NCBI GenBank assembly: GCA_964016885.1
Contig: OZ024742.1
Location: forward strand, 274,846,001 to 274,910,000
Reading direction: 5' to 3'
Length of the DNA stretch: 64,000 nucleotides
From: Eledone cirrhosa
Taxonomy: Eukaryota
The translations under genes and the position numbers were made by a program. Positions within the stretch are counted from its first letter, which is position 1. Each line of letters begins with the position of its first letter. Shown one piece after another: positions 38,710 to 53,730 of the stretch. Below the pieces are notes generated by a model. It was given only the letters and a program-made list of their open reading frames with translations, did no database searches and was not told the DNA's origin.

Positions 38710-39259
38710 ATATATATAGATATATATATTTATAAAAATACATTCACCCAAATACGCACATATATATAAATATACATTCATATAAACATATATAGAGCTG
38801 TGATAGCTAAGTACGGTGCAATTTATTATAATGGTGATGGTGGAAGCTCTGATATGTGAATGGTTGTGGGTTGGGATTGGTGTTCAATAAATGTGTTAAA
38901 TATATGAGGTTTGAATATAGAAGATTATGCGTATAGAAAATGAGCTACAATGAAGATTATGGAAATACAATTAATATGGAATTATATTTGATGTCGGTTG
39001 TGATCAAGGCAATGACGGGTAGAGGCAATGATAGAGGAGCATCCTAGTTCTCTCTGTTTTGCCGGTGCGTTTGAGCCTATTGTTAATTATCTTCTAAATA
39101 AAACCCATTGATTAATGCACATTTGTAGTAGGGTTAGATTCGTCAAACATCTGTCTATTTGAAGATAAGCCGGATATCTGCCTGCCCACGTTCTTCAGTA
39201 TAACAATCCTTACAATCGCACTGCATGTACCGACATAGCAAAATATTTTATTTTACCCT

Positions 39260-39810
39260 TATAAAAAAAAATGCATTTTCCCACCACGTTCTGCTACGAT
39301 AAGATCTTCAACAAGAATATGGTTAAGGTAAGCTAAAACTGCATCTACAATATAGGATTACAAATCCTGAACATGAATACCAAACCAAATAACAACGCCT
39401 CAGACATCCCGAGAATCAAATTGTAAAGACCAAACTCGCTGCCAACTGGAAATTAAGTTCTTGTCCTGGAAGCTGGTCTATAAAGTAGAAATACAGGGTA
39501 AAATTTACATTGGCCTGATGAAAATTGCATTAAATCATGCTTCTATCAAGACATGTATACGTTCAATAACATACGATTTCAGTACTCAACCTCGCTGTCA
39601 AAATATATTCGGCAATTTAAAGACAGTGGGTTGAAAATTACTTTAAACAAATTGAATATTCTAGCAAAGGGGAATGCCTACAACGGACGAGGTAAGAGAT
39701 GCCCTCTATGTACCACTGAAAAACTACATATCAATTAAGATTTTGTAGGATTTTGTAATCCTCTTTACTCACAAAAATGTTCAGCTCATATCACTTCAAA
39801 CAGATCTACT
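39260..39810 (+). mobile_element. Highly decayed PLE GIY-YIG fragment
   Basis: KIFNKNMVKVS, STSLSKYI, YNGRGKRCPLCTTEK. Confidence 0.65.
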
Positions 39811-40852
39811 CATTAGACTGTACACCCGATATCCCAGTGCCCAACAGATTATCTACCAGATAACAATATTTACTGGATTGTGTAAATATCGGATGAGACC
39901 CTCTATCCCCAGCCGTTTAGACGCTATATCTCGGAAACAACTGCCTCCCTCTATATCTCACTGACTCTTGGTAACCCATTGCACCACACCTATGTGTTAT
40001 ATGTCATACGACATACATTATCTTTCATAATACCATATTTCCTGACATCCACCATCTTTAAATTCTCCTAAACATTATATTTTAATCTATTTTATTTTAC
40101 TTAATATTATGTTCTTATCATTATTACGAATTTTTATTTTTTTATATTTTAGTTTTTAATTTTTATTTTTGTCATCTTTCCTACATTTATTTTCCAATTT
40201 TTCAGTTTTTAACTTTTTCATTCTTAATTTGATTTCATTGTTTTTTTTTTTATTTGTTCATTCATTTTTCTTACTTACATTTTTCTTTAATCTTCATACA
40301 TTATAACTTACTTTGCCTGAAATCACTCTGTCAAAACTTACTCACCCACTCGTTATAGCCTCCACCGTTACACCCATAATTTATTTCACATATTTTGTTA
40401 ACACCAATAACATCCTATTACCACTCACTCATTCACCCATCATAGTTTCTAGCATCACCATTATTATACAACATACCACCCTTAGGTATACAGTTTTATA
40501 TTTTCCAACATCACCATTATTATATATAATACCACACTAAGGTACTACAGCTCATTAGTTTTTAACCACATATTTTATAATTTTACTTTTCCATAACTTT
40601 TATCGTACATCAATTTTTTAAATTTAGACTTCATCACTTTACATTCTTTACTCATTCCCGCCACACCAACACCACCACAATCCCACCCCACAAAGTCCAT
40701 GATACATTTTAATGCATGCATTGGGACTTACAAATTCATATTCAGATTAATGTAAGCATTTATTTATATATGTGCACAATGCTTATATGTGTATGAAAGT
40801 ATATATATGAATGTCTATACATACATACGTATATATATATATATTAATAAAA

Positions 40853-41213
40853 GTAATTCCAACTTTATCTGATTTACTCGTTTTATTTACAATCCTTTAA
40901 AATTATAATGGTATTAGAATGAAATAGTATGGTAGAATATTAAATGTTAAGTGTTAATTGAACAAGTACTTTCATGCTTTCGCAATTTTCAGGTTCATAT
41001 TCTGTGGTGACAGTCAAGTTTGCAATTTTCAACTGTTGAACATTGCAAACTTGACTGTCACCACAGAATGTGGACCTGAAAATTGCGAAAGCATGAAAGT
41101 ACTTGTTCAATTAACACTTAACATTTAATATTCTACCGTACTATTTCATTCTAATACCATTATAATTTTAAAGGATTTTAAATAAAACGATTAAATCAGA
41201 CAAAGTTGGAATT
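40853..41213. repeat. Palindrome centred near 41034 with an HHR-like motif in each arm (40959-40997 -, 41071-41109 +)
   Basis: TGAAC CTGAAAA T TGC GAAA GCA T GAA AGTACT T GTTCA. Confidence 0.75.
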
Positions 41214-42377
41214 CCTTTGGATACTGCCAATCCACCACCTAGTAATAATAATAATAATCGTTTCTACCCTTTAGCACAAGGCCAGCAATAATCCCAGTGC
41301 ATAATAATAATTAGTCACAACATTAGTAGTCAGTCGTAATTATAGTGGTATTAATAATAACGACGACAACAACAATGCCCGGTCAAAAAGCATCACCAGA
41401 TTGTGGATGCGAGTTGTAGGCAACGAAAAATGGAACAAAACACATTTATAGTGGTATATAGATAAAAGTGCAGTTATACATACGAAGAACAAGAAACAAA
41501 ATAATATAAAACACGGACGCTCATGTCACTAGTATACAATCATATACGTGCATAACAGAATGGTGGTAGTGTGATTAGGGGCGGATGCACAAGATTTCGG
41601 GGTCAGTGTGCGGCCACTCCCGGCTCCCATGGTCAAGCTTTGTACTAAACCATAGCCAGTACATCTACAATGAGAGCCCGTGTTTTATATCCTTTGGTTC
41701 CTTGTTCTTCATATGTATATCTGCACGTTTATCTATCTACCTACAACTCGCATCCACAGTCTAGCAGTTCTTTTTATGCGGGCATTTTTCTTGTTGTTTT
41801 TATCAATACCAATGTTATTACGACTGACTACTAACAGGAGGACTTGGTCTTGGACATACCTCCTAGCATTTCGGATTAACTTTTTTCCTTCCTCTTTTCT
41901 CCATTTATGTCTCTCTCTTTCTCTTTCTCCCACTCACTTATCCTCTTTCTCTCCTACTATATATCGCCTTTCTTCCCCTCTCTCTCTGTTCCCTTACCAC
42001 TCCCCCTTCCCCTCGCACTTCTGTTTTCGTTTGTACCTCCCTTTTTGTACCTGTTCTCGCTAAGATGAGATATGTTTCTCTTCGCTCTCTCTCGTGCTGT
42101 TAACAAGGTCTCAGAGCTTACACTGCGTCTCCTTTTGACTTCTCCCTCTCTCCCATTGGTTACTGCGACTTACATTTACTACTGTCTCGCTTTTCCACCT
42201 CTCTGTCGATATGTTCTTTTTCTTCTGTTTATATATGAATGTATGTATGTGTGTATGTATGTATATATACATTTATATATGGTTTACAAGAAATAATTTT
42301 CGAATAAGAAAACAGATAATGTAGGTGAAGCTATTTAATATAATTAAACGTCTTTGATCTTCTTTATAAATGTTATA

Positions 42378-42431
<54 letters not shown>

Positions 42432-42434
<3 letters not shown>

Positions 42435-45400
42435 GATAACACGTTTTCGTTATAGGTAATCCAGTTAGAGGTTGTGAGTACATTGCGTCGTAGATAGTTA
42501 TAACGTACGGCTTTGTTTGACTCAACAAGATATTTCCATAGTTAGACAGCGAGTTCGAGGGAATTCATATGTAGGTTATATTTGGAGTAATAATAGTGAA
42601 AGCATGAAGAGTAACATGGTTGGCTGTACAACAAGGAGCTTTATTTCAGGTATTAACAATTGTTTCATTGATCAGCTGAGTCTAGAGGTCGCTAATCGCT
42701 CCAAGTTGCGTCACTCGATCTCCATTACATTATTTAACTTTGATCAAATCTTCAGAATACAAAAATAATTCATACATGGCAACATATATATAGAGAAATA
42801 GCGTATAATCAAAACAGCAACATCAATAATAAAATATATATGATAAATAGGTAAAGAAGTTACAGATGTAAAAAGTAAAAGATACAGTAAAAAAGTAAGA
42901 AAATATAAAAATAATGAAAATATAAAGAAGTATGGATAAGTGAGAGCATATAAGTACAGAATATGATAGTGGTGGTGGTGAGTAAGTGTCCGTCTAGGAT
43001 TCTGTGATGGATTTAGTGCTAACATGAAAAGTCATATTCGAAACATCCATAGATACGTGTAGAGAGTCTGAGGTAGTGGCAGACAAAAGAAAAAGCAATA
43101 AATTGGGCGATACTAGTATGAAACCCAAGGGCTAAGGGTGGATGGTGAAGGGAGGTTTGACAAATGTGTGTGGTAAATGTTTTGCTGATTTCTTGTTTTA
43201 ATGGAGTTGGTGCGGTTTCAGGTCGCTCGAATCACGGTGGTTTGAAATTTTGAACTTGGTAGCTATTTTATGGCTACAGAAAATTGACCTTACTATTTTG
43301 CTATTAAGCAGCATCTTACCGTACCTTAAAATATGTAATAGCTCCATATTGCAAAGTCTGCAGTGGGACATTACATTGTTGTAGGCCCTTGATCCTGATA
43401 ATTTTGACCAGCTATCCTATATTCCTGGTTTGTGTTTTTAAGCTGCCAGATATTATTGGCGTGCGTTGTTGAGTTCTCCAGTCTACTGTTCTTCATGGAG
43501 TGTCTGTGAACGTACCACCCTTTTTTAAACGCCCCAGCCGTGGAACCTATGTAGAGCCAAATAAAGTTGCCTGAATTTACAGTACACAGGTACACTGTAC
43601 TCGAATCCAGGCATCTATTTGGTAGTGGGCACTTATCAGGTAGGTGTAGTTACAGTTGGAGGCTTTTCTGTATGCAGGATACGTTGCGGTTTTGTATGTT
43701 GTTGTGGGTGGGATGAGATGAGGCCTATTAGTGTTTTGTTGTGATGCGCCCTGATGTGTTTGTGGTTGCGATGTTGTTATGTGTTTGCGTTTTGTATTTG
43801 GTGCTATGGTGTATGTTGGTAGGTTATTTTCTTTAGAGATATTTTTGTGGTTGATTTTATTTATGTGTGATTCTATGTTGGCTGCAGTAGAGTAAAATAG
43901 TTTGATAGTCCTTCTATTAAATATTCTATGGTATTTGTGTAGTTTAGGGAATGATTATCGATTAGCTTAAAGAATGTAGAAGGTAGTTTGGTTTTTATAG
44001 AGGAGTTGAATATTGGATGGAACCATAAGTAATTCCTATCTCTGGATCTTCTATAGTTGTAAGGGATCTTTATATTAGTATTCGGTTCAGTTATCTTTGG
44101 TGCTCGTTGTCTAATTCTATGCTTAGTCCTATGCTTGTTACTTCTATATGATCGGGTAGTGTTGTTGTCGTTAGGTTTGTTGCTGCTGTCTCTACCTGGT
44201 ATGTATTCGAGCCCCTCTTTATGTCCTGCCTCATGTAAAGCTATTTTATAATAGTTTGCGTGTTCGTTAAAAATCTCTCAGTTAGAAGATAGGTGGAATA
44301 TACTGAGGGATATACTATGTGCTATGGAGTTAATTATGGATCGGGTGTGGTTTGAGTTATAACTAATGTAGGCTAGATTCTCGTTATTCCTATGGAAGGG
44401 CTCTATTAATCCTGTGTTTAGGTTGAGTGTTACATCTAAGAAATTTGCTCTATTAGAGTTAAGTTCGAAAGTGATACCTAGGCTTAGTTTGTTGAAGAAC
44501 ACTGATGCTTTTCCCTACTTTTTCCATGTTTTGATTATTTAAGTTTTTGGCTAAAAAGAGTGTGTCGTCTCTATAAATTCCTCGCTGGAGGTTATTGAAT
44601 TCCTCATGTACGTTGTGCGCTAAGTATATTCCCACTAAGTCCGCTACCTGTGCTGAGTCGTTAGATCCCATTGTGATATCGAAGCTATTCTGTCTGTTTT
44701 TTCGTTCCCAGTAACTATTTTTGAATCTAATGATAGTTCTCCTAGCAGCTAGCATTACTTTAATTTCGTTCGAGTTAAGGTCCGAATCTTTCTGGGCAAA
44801 TGTTAGCGCTTTATCTAGTGTGACTGTGTATATGGATGAGTAGTAGTCATTAATGTTGAACTGTACGAAGTCGGATGCTTCTCTACTGTCTATTTTTCTG
44901 AACCATCTATTGCTTCGTTAGTGTTGCCCCATAGCTTAATTACTAGTTTGTCCTAGATTTGTGCGATTACTCTATCTAGTATATACTTTCTAATTCTACC
45001 TATATCCGATTTCGATGGGCATATTAATCTAATTGCGGGGTTTGTTTCGAAATTATTTTTTGTGATCCTTTAGGTTAAATGTGGGGTTTCAAGGGGTTAG
45101 AGGCTCAGTTCTATTATATATTTTCAGTTGTTTTACTATGCTAAGTCCTTCCTTATTAATGCTAGTGTGTGCAGATTCTGTTGTTTTCGTGTATTTTTTG
45201 TGCAGTTCACGGCGTATAAAGGTATTGTATGTACTGAGGCTCAGGGTGTATACTTTTGATGTTTTGTACGCTTTTACTATAATACCGTTGGTGCTGCGTG
45301 GTTTTTTTTAGTAGTGCATTGATGTCGTTTTGCAGTTTGGTGTGATGTGTCCGTTTTATTTTTATTTGGTTCCACTTATCATGTTCATGGGGTCGAGTTC

Positions 45401-46447
45401 GAAGGCATCGAGCTGGGGGTTATTTGGTAGATTTTTGCAGGATTTGAATCCGTATTTTTCCATAGTAAATTCCTTCGTGTTATTAGCATGTTTATTATCA
45501 TAATGATAGGCCTTCTATCGGATTCGACGGATGAAGTCATTAGTACGCTGTATCATGCCGAGTGTATAGTCCTTGTTTGTAGGTAAGTTATGTTTTTCAA
45601 GGACATGCCTATCTGGTGCTTTTCCATGTTAGTGCCGTGTGTTAAGATTGTTGCTCAACCTAGTGGGAGATGGGTATATGGGATTACAAGTTATCGTTAT
45701 AGGTAACCCAGTTAGAGGTTGTGAGTACTCTGCGTCGTGGATAATTTTAACGTACGGCTTTGTTTGACTCAACAAGATGTTTCCATAGTTAGACAGCGAG
45801 TTCGCGGGAATTCAACCCCATTAAGACAAGACAATCAGCAAAATATTAACCACACACATTTGTCAAACCCCCCTTCACCATCCACCCTTAGCCTTTAAAT
45901 CTCATACTAGTATCTCCCAATTAATCTCTAATTTATTGTTTTTTCCTCTATCTGCCACTACCTCAGACTCTCTACACGTGTCTATGTATGTTTCGAATAT
46001 GACTTTTCATGTTAGCACTAAACCCACCACGGAATGCTTATACGTACACTTACTCACCACCAACACTATCATATTCTGTACTTATATGCTCTCACTTATC
46101 CTTATTTCTTCATATTTCTATTATTTTTCCATTTTCTTACTTTTTTACTGTATCTTTGTTCTTATCTTTTACTTTTTACATCTGTAACTCCTTACCTATT
46201 TATCATATATATTTTATTATTGATGTTAATGTTTTGATTATACGCTATTTCTCTATTTTTTGTATGAATGAATTATTTTTGTATTTGAAGATTTAGATCA
46301 GAAGTAAATAATGTAATGGAAATCGAGTGACGCAACTTGGAGCGATTAGCGGCCTCTAGACTCAGCTGATCAATGAAACAATTGTTAATACCTGAAATAA
46401 AGCCCCTTGTTGTACAGCCAACCATGTTACTCTTCATGCTTTCACTA
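42432..46447 (-). mobile_element. Near full-length frameshifted PLE (FDITMGS type) with a 3' pLTR and an inverted pLTR at ~45830-46447; HHRs at 42650-42760 (-) and 46281-46391 (+, C3 lost)
   Basis: SFDITMGSNDSAQVADLVG, GIYRDD, NFLDVTLNL, YIGSTAGAFK. HHR reads GTATT CTGAAGA T TTGATCA...TGATCAA T GAA ACAATTGT T AATAC. Confidence 0.9.
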
Positions 46448-46649
46448 TATATATATATAAATCTGAGGATGTGTGTGTTAAGGTTTGTAACGGATTCAAG
46501 TCCACAATTTCCAACGGATTCTATTCAAGGTCGGGAAAATTATTGCTTTTGGTCAGGAAAATGTCATGAAGCAAAACGATTTCAAATCCATCAACAATAA
46601 GGACAAAAATCGATCATGATCATTCCCCCTCTCTATAATTTAACTGCAT

Positions 46650-46731
<82 letters not shown>

Positions 46732-48287
46732 TCACTCCCTATATGACAACACTGCAGAGAGAGAAACAATGTTTATGATCAAATGGAGCGTTCCGTATAT
46801 TCCCTCTCTCTATAATTTAACTGCTTTACTCTCTCTGTAGCTCTTCACTCCCTATATGACAACACTGCAGTGGAGCGTTCCGTATTGACATACGGCTTAT
46901 CTGGGGTATTTTCAATCGGCTTATTGCAAATAACAACCCGCAAAATAACACTTCATTTAACAGAATAATGCTATAGACATATGAATCTGAATGTAACCCG
47001 CGAACGTTTTCCTGAGCAAAATTATTCGAACAGACATGACCTCATTGCCAGAGTGTGCAGACTGAAACTGGCTAAACTCATGGCTTTAATCAAAAAGGGT
47101 CAGGTATTTGGGACTGTAAAATGTGACATGTTCACCGTCGAATGGCCAAAACGAGGGCTGCCACATGCTCACATTTTGATTTGGTTAGCTGATAAAATCA
47201 ATTCAAATGCCATAGACATCTTCATTTCGGCTGAAATCCCTAACCCAGCAACTGACCAGGAATTACATGACATCGTCAAAGCTAACATGGTCCGTGTGCG
47301 TGGGGTCCTAATAAGCATCACACGTGTCTGAAAGGGGGGGGGGTCATGCAGTAAGGGATACCCCAAAAAAATTGTTGACCAGACTCAGACTGGTGGCGAC
47401 GGGTACCCCCTGTACAGGCGGAGACGGCCCGAGAACGGTGGCTTCACCACAACAGTAAAGAGAGTTCAGGTCGACAATAGATGGGTGGTCTCTTTCTGCC
47501 CACTTCTCTTGAAGATGTTCAACGCCCACATCAACGTTGAGTTTTGCAACTCCGTCAAGTCGATAACATACATATGCAAATATGTAAATAAGGGCTCTGA
47601 TGCCGCAATGTTCGCATTTCAAGCTGAAAATAACAGGGACGAGGTCACAGAATCCCTGGCGGGGTGGTACATCAGTAGCAATGAAGATCTTTGGCGCCTA
47701 TTTAGTTTAAAGTTGGCGACGTATGGCTTGCCGTCAACCGTCAGAGAGGAAGCTTAACGTTGGCCCCGGATTTGTTGCGGGAAACATCATATGACATCGA
47801 ATCTCTTTCCCAATACTTAGAGGAAAATGAGCCCAAACTTCTGTCGGAACCTTTTCCACTCGGCGTCAGATATCCCGTTCGATTTCTGGCGATCACAATT
47901 CCCGGTGAGACTATGTTTTGCCATGTCCATTAACAAGCCACAAAAGCAAACATTGTCGGTGGCGGGCATCCATTTGGGGGAGCCATGCTTCTCCCATGGC
48001 CAACGTTATGTTGCCTGTTCCCGCGTAGCGAGCAGGAATGGACATTTTGCTTACACTCCTCAAGGGATGACACGCGATATCGTCTACAAAGAGGTGCTAT
48101 AGATGTTGGTGCGGGCGTTGGAGGTGTTGGAGCTATGCCGTCTGGAAAACTATTTCCTGGTAGGGTCACCTATGGCGGACAGATCTGACACCCAGCGGCA
48201 TCAGGGTCACCATCTTGCAACTTTGGTCTACTAAATAACTTCCATAGCAAATGAACAAACCCGAGCAACGCCGGGTTAAACTGCTAG
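46446..48287 (+). mobile_element. Internally deleted Helitron (Rep and Pif1 helicase remnants)
   Basis: RHDLIARV, EWPKRGLPHAHILIW (HUH), YICKYVNKG, QFPVRLCFAMSINK..QTL..FSHGQ.YVACSRV; 3' hairpin plus CTAG ending at 48287. Confidence 0.92.
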
Positions 48288-48547
48288 TATATATATATAT
48301 ATAGTTTTCCCCAAATTGACGGTTAAGTACTTTTTCTTGATTTTATTTTGAGTTAAGATTGTATTGCTTTCTTTCTCCAACTTACACAAAATCTGAGGAT
48401 AAAGTTTTTCTTCTTGACTTGTTTTTAATTAGGATGAATTATTTCTCCCACATCTTACGTTAAACATTTTTCATCTTGATGTTATAGTCACTTATATGTC
48501 TGAATTATTGTTGGCTTTTTGCTTACATTAATTTCTCCATTTTCATT

Positions 48548-48664
<117 letters not shown>

Positions 48665-51600
48665 CAGGAAGAAGCGATCGTGCATCAGGTTTATCGATCT
48701 TATATGGAGACATAAAGAATCGTAATATGGGTTCAGGTTGCACTGGAGTTTGGTCAAACACGCAACACCTCAAACTTTGGCCCAGAGAAAGTGCCGCCTT
48801 TGTATTGCCGAAGCCCTAGAGATTATCAAATTTAAAAACCCAGTGAACCGGAATTCTGAAATATTGCTAAGATGCTGACACGCCAGAAACACAAAATTCT
48901 CGGCCCTATCCTTCAAGCATACCAATCAAACATACGTTAACTACCAATAACTGGCTACCACAAGCAAGTAATATTGGCCCACTTTTTCAATCCATTTAAA
49001 TTCATATATTCACCTTATTCATATATTCATTAATTCATCAATGTATTTCACTTAACTCCCAACTTACATATATTAATTCACCCCAACTATTTTCCTCATT
49101 ACATTCGAATTAAACTTACTTCATTTCATTTTATTCCATTCCATTTCACTTAATACAAGACAGCTCTATTCCAAAACACCACAGTTTAGATACTAGTTCT
49201 TCCCCGTACTCCATCATTTTCATCATCAACATCATCTCCATGTTGATCATCTCATTCGTCTTAGCATGCATCTTCAACATCACCTTCTACTTTACCATCA
49301 CCTTCAACATAATCATAACCATCTTAAACATGACAATCGTCTTTACCATCAACATCACAACCACTACCACCTCCCCATCCTTCTCCTCATCCTCATCCTT
49401 CTTTTTCTCCTTCTATTTCTTTTTATTCTTCTTCTCATGTTCTTCTTTTTCTCCTCCTCTTCCTCCTGCTCCTCCTCCTTCATTTTCTTCTCATTCCTTC
49501 TTCTTCTTCTTCTTCTTCTTCTTCTTCTTCTTCTTCTTCTTCTTCTTCTTCTTCTACTACTACTTCTTATTATTATTATTATTATTCTCTTCCTTTATGT
49601 GCGTACCCTTATTCCAATGGCCCCTAACTGTCATTTTTGTCGTTATTATACCGGCTGACCATCGAATTCCTGCTAACTACTTACCCCCACCCACCCATCA
49701 CACACACAGACACACGTTCTCATTTTCCCCCCTTTCACTCTTTCCGTTTTTGCTATTCATACTTTCATCTAAAGACATTCTATACCAATCCCAGCGACCA
49801 GCTTTACAATTGTTACCATTCTTTACAATTCATCACTTCTGTAATATTGAAACATACCGTTCTCCATCTACCCACTCCCGTCTCCCAACTACCTAATAAC
49901 ATGTATATAAAATGAACACGGGACATATGTCAACAGTTTGGATGGGTCCAACCATGTAATCTCTCATATCTGAAGAATTGTCGATGAAGAGTCTGATCCG
50001 ATCACATGATCAAATCTGAACTGATCGATATTGAAACAATTATAATATTAAATAGAGTTTCACAAAACAATTATAATATTAAATGCATATATTTTGGCTC
50101 CCGGAGTGTCGAACCAAATCGACATCTTGCCATTGCACTATGGAGAAACATTACCTATGCATACCTGATAAAAAACATACCTTACCTTCGTAATAGCGAA
50201 CACGTCAAGGACCTAATCTAGAAAGTAAATGATTTCATCCAAACCTTTCCACTTTGAAATTCGGAGAAACCACCCCAATGTATTTAATACCTTTGGGTTC
50301 AACTCCTACAAAAATTGAACGCAGAACCAGCATTTTAGAGGCCTTGGTGATCAACCTAATGGATTTAATTAGCAACGTTAGATTTAAAAAAACACCGATA
50401 CCGCCATAGTTTCCAGCGGAACATCCGATCCAACATGGATTGACTGAAAAAAACCAAAGGCATACTCGTCCGCGTTTGTAATACCGGCAATATATATTCC
50501 TTAGACATTGACACATATAAGAATTTTATACTTAAGTAGCAGAAGTGCCCGGCGTTGCTCGGAGTTTAGTTGCTTTAAAGTACTCTTAATGATTCCACTC
50601 AATTATGATTATTGAAGCAAAGAAAGTAAATACGGGTAAGCAAAGAAGGGGGGTTGCGAAAATTTTCAGTTGAACAGTGAATAAGTGGAAAGTGAGTACT
50701 AAGTAAGTTGTATGAAAAATACGTCAAATAGTAGGTCAAACCTGTAAGCCAAGCCCGTCTGAGTTATAGCACAAAAGAGCGTAAACCGGGGCGATAATTT
50801 GGAGCACACTGGAAAAAATCTGACGCTCCTGAAAAAACGTTTTCTCATTATTTTTTTGTCTCATATTGCTAAAAAAAAAGAAAAAAAAATTACAAAACGG
50901 ACAACAATAAAATATAATGTCTTTGTTGAGATTCAAGTAAATAAATGCTTAAGCGTCGTTATGACTACGTTTGTTGTTGTATAAATCCATCTGTTGCTTT
51001 TGAATATTTGTTATTTGATGTAAAATATAATGGTGTAAAATGTAATGGTGAGCGTCGTTATGACTATGTTTGTTGTTGTATAAATTGATGTGTTTCGTAG
51101 TTTTCAAGTTTATGTCGCATTCCTGAACGAAGTTTTGTCGCTGTTAGAGTTGAGAGGAGATTGAGAGGGGAGTAGAGGGAGAGATGAACCTTTTAAAGAG
51201 AGTTGCAGAGGAGATTAAGAGGGGAGTAGAGGGAGGGATGAATCTTTTAAAGAGAGTTGAAACATGTATGTAATTTCATAGATTGTTGAGGGTAGTAAAG
51301 AGAGGAATTAGGCGTGTAACAGAGAGGGTTGCAGCATGCATTTAGTTTTATCGTTTTTTTTTCATAGAAGCAGGAAATTGTTGGCAAAGTTTATTACGCG
51401 TTGACTATCGTTGGTAAATTTGGAATACATTGGGAAAAAAATCATCAAAATCGGTAGAGAAATGTGAAAATGCATAAAAATCATACACACACACAGACAG
51501 ACATCTTCCGTTTTATATATAAAGAGAAATGAACTGCATAAGAAATACCGTCAGTCAAATAAATCTACTATTTATGATATTAATAAAGAAGAATGAACCA

Positions 51601-52870
51601 TAGTTAATAAAGTAGGTTTAGCTGGCCTAACTGAACCGTTTGTACCTCATCAACCGACCTTCAATTTGGAACACAATAAAAATAATTTTGAATCTATTCC
51701 ATGACCTAGATTAATTTGCCCTTCTAATTCTGACGTAGGACGTATTAGTAAAAATGCTTTGGATACAGTAATATTACAAATAGGAAACAGGTCATCTATC
51801 AAACTTTGGGAAAATACAAGTGAAGTAACATACTAGTTCACTCAAATAGAGGACAAGGCATCGTCAAAATTTATCCAATTTGATATTGATGATTACTATT
51901 CCTCTATATCACCTGCCGTTCTTAATAAGACCCAAATAGTTGCTATGCGCAAATCTAACATGACTAGGGACAAAATAGATATAGTTCTAGTCGCCAGACG
52001 CTCTGTAACAGCGTTTAATAACGAATACTGGACACGCAGGGATAGATGCCATGATGTTCACATAACTATGGGCTCTAGTGACTCAGCCCAGGCTACTGAC
52101 CTTGTTGGAATCTATCTGATGCACAATGTTCACCAATAAATTGTTGAACATCAGGGCGTATTATAGAGACCATGTTCTACTAATCGTAAAAAAATGTAAC
52201 GGTCAGCATCTTGAGGGACGAATGAGAGCTATAAGATCCGTCTTTAGGCGCCAATACCTTAAAATTACTTTCGATCACAATTTTTGATTAGCTAACTTTC
52301 TAGATGTGACATTAGACCTTAACTCCGGTCTATACGAACCGCTTTGCAAGTTCAATGACAACCTAAACTATATTAACAGATACTCGAACCACCATAGTTC
52401 TATCATTAACTCTATAGTTGGGATGTGTCTCGTAGAATCTCCAAGCTGTCCCCCTCCGAATCCACCATTAACGCACATTCGGATTACTATAATGCAGCCC
52501 TCCACAGGGCTGACTATAACGAAAAAATTAATTCTAACTTAGACAAACCAGGCAAACGACGAAAGTTCTGTCCCACGAGAAATTGGCAGCAATGTGGACA
52601 TACAAACGCTAGGAATAGAAGCAACCGTAAAAAAATCCTGCATAACTGATAAATCAGAAACCGTATCGCCGGACTTGATAACACCTTAGCATTCTGAACT
52701 CTAAAACCTATCTGTGGTTTAATCCCCCACATAATGAATTAGTTGCCACACGGTGACATTTCTTTAGAATACTAGATGAAAGCTTTCCTCTAGCACACAG
52801 GTATAATAATATCTTAAATAGAAAAACAGTTCGGCTGTCCTACGCTACCATGGCTAAATTTGCAGCTTCA
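48665..52870 (+). mobile_element. Partial-tandem PLE: GIY-YIG end and pLTR (HHR 49966-50048), then a decayed ORF of the next unit interrupted by a Helitron
   Basis: KCRLCIAEALEII near 48790; ATAT CTGAAGA ATTGTCGAT...ATCGATATT GAAA CAATTA TA ATAT; FGFNS near 50290; FIQFDI, ITMGSSDSAQATDLVG, NFLDVTLDL, WFNPP. Confidence 0.75.
50536..51525 (-). mobile_element. Non-autonomous Helitron
   Basis: Minus strand starts TCTTTATATATAAAA and ends CCGAGCAACGCCGGGCACTTCTGCTAC (CTAG-like). Confidence 0.78.
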
Positions 52871-53730
52871 TAACAAACTAACCAAAATCCAATCTCTAAT
52901 TTTGCTATCGGAACAACCACACGCGTACGTTCTTGTGGATAAGCCACTCCAATAGATCCAATAGCATTTCACACCAGTAGTTTATCCCAGCTAAGTGTTT
53001 GTGATTAGGAGTGACGGAGTATTCATTTATCAAATAAGAGTAGTTAAGATGGGATTATTTCACCAGAATTGCTTTATTGCATGATATATATTTCTGTCAC
53101 ATGGTTATGCATCAGGTTCTGTTGCTATCATAGTTGTAATTATGCAATCATTGAGATATGTCACTGGTCATGTATTACCATCCTGCTGTGATACCAGTAA
53201 ATATATGAGCCTCGTTACTTATTAAGTCATATTAGTAGATGTATCAGCCTTCTGATAGGTTGAGTTTATGGTCTCTCGGTAAAGTTCCCATACTTAATTG
53301 TTGACAGATTTAGCGCAGCATCTCAGCTTGTGGTCTATTACTTCGCCCTTTGTCCATAGTTCTCGCTATCATCATATCTCCTTTGCAGTTGGTCAGAGTG
53401 ACACTTGCACCAGCAAATCTAGGGAAGGGGACAGGATTTACGGCTTGCTTTGATGTTAGCGGTATCATCGCTGCTTTTGTAAACACCAACAACTACCATG
53501 ACAACAACAACAACAATAACAACACGATTTACATTAATGAAGACTGATGGTGATGCTAGAAATAATACTACTACAATTACCTACATTATAAACATTAAAT
53601 AAATATAAATATGTATATAATGTAAAATACAATATATTACGTATAATAACAGTGATATTAAATGTACTGTTACAATTGGTAAACTATAGATGTAAACAAC
53701 GATAATGATTATTCCAATAATTAGAAAAAC

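Noticed and set aside
52900-53520. Possible very old PLE RT N-terminus on the minus strand (MDKG motif)
   Set aside because: Only one short motif amid stops; cannot be supported without an HMM search.
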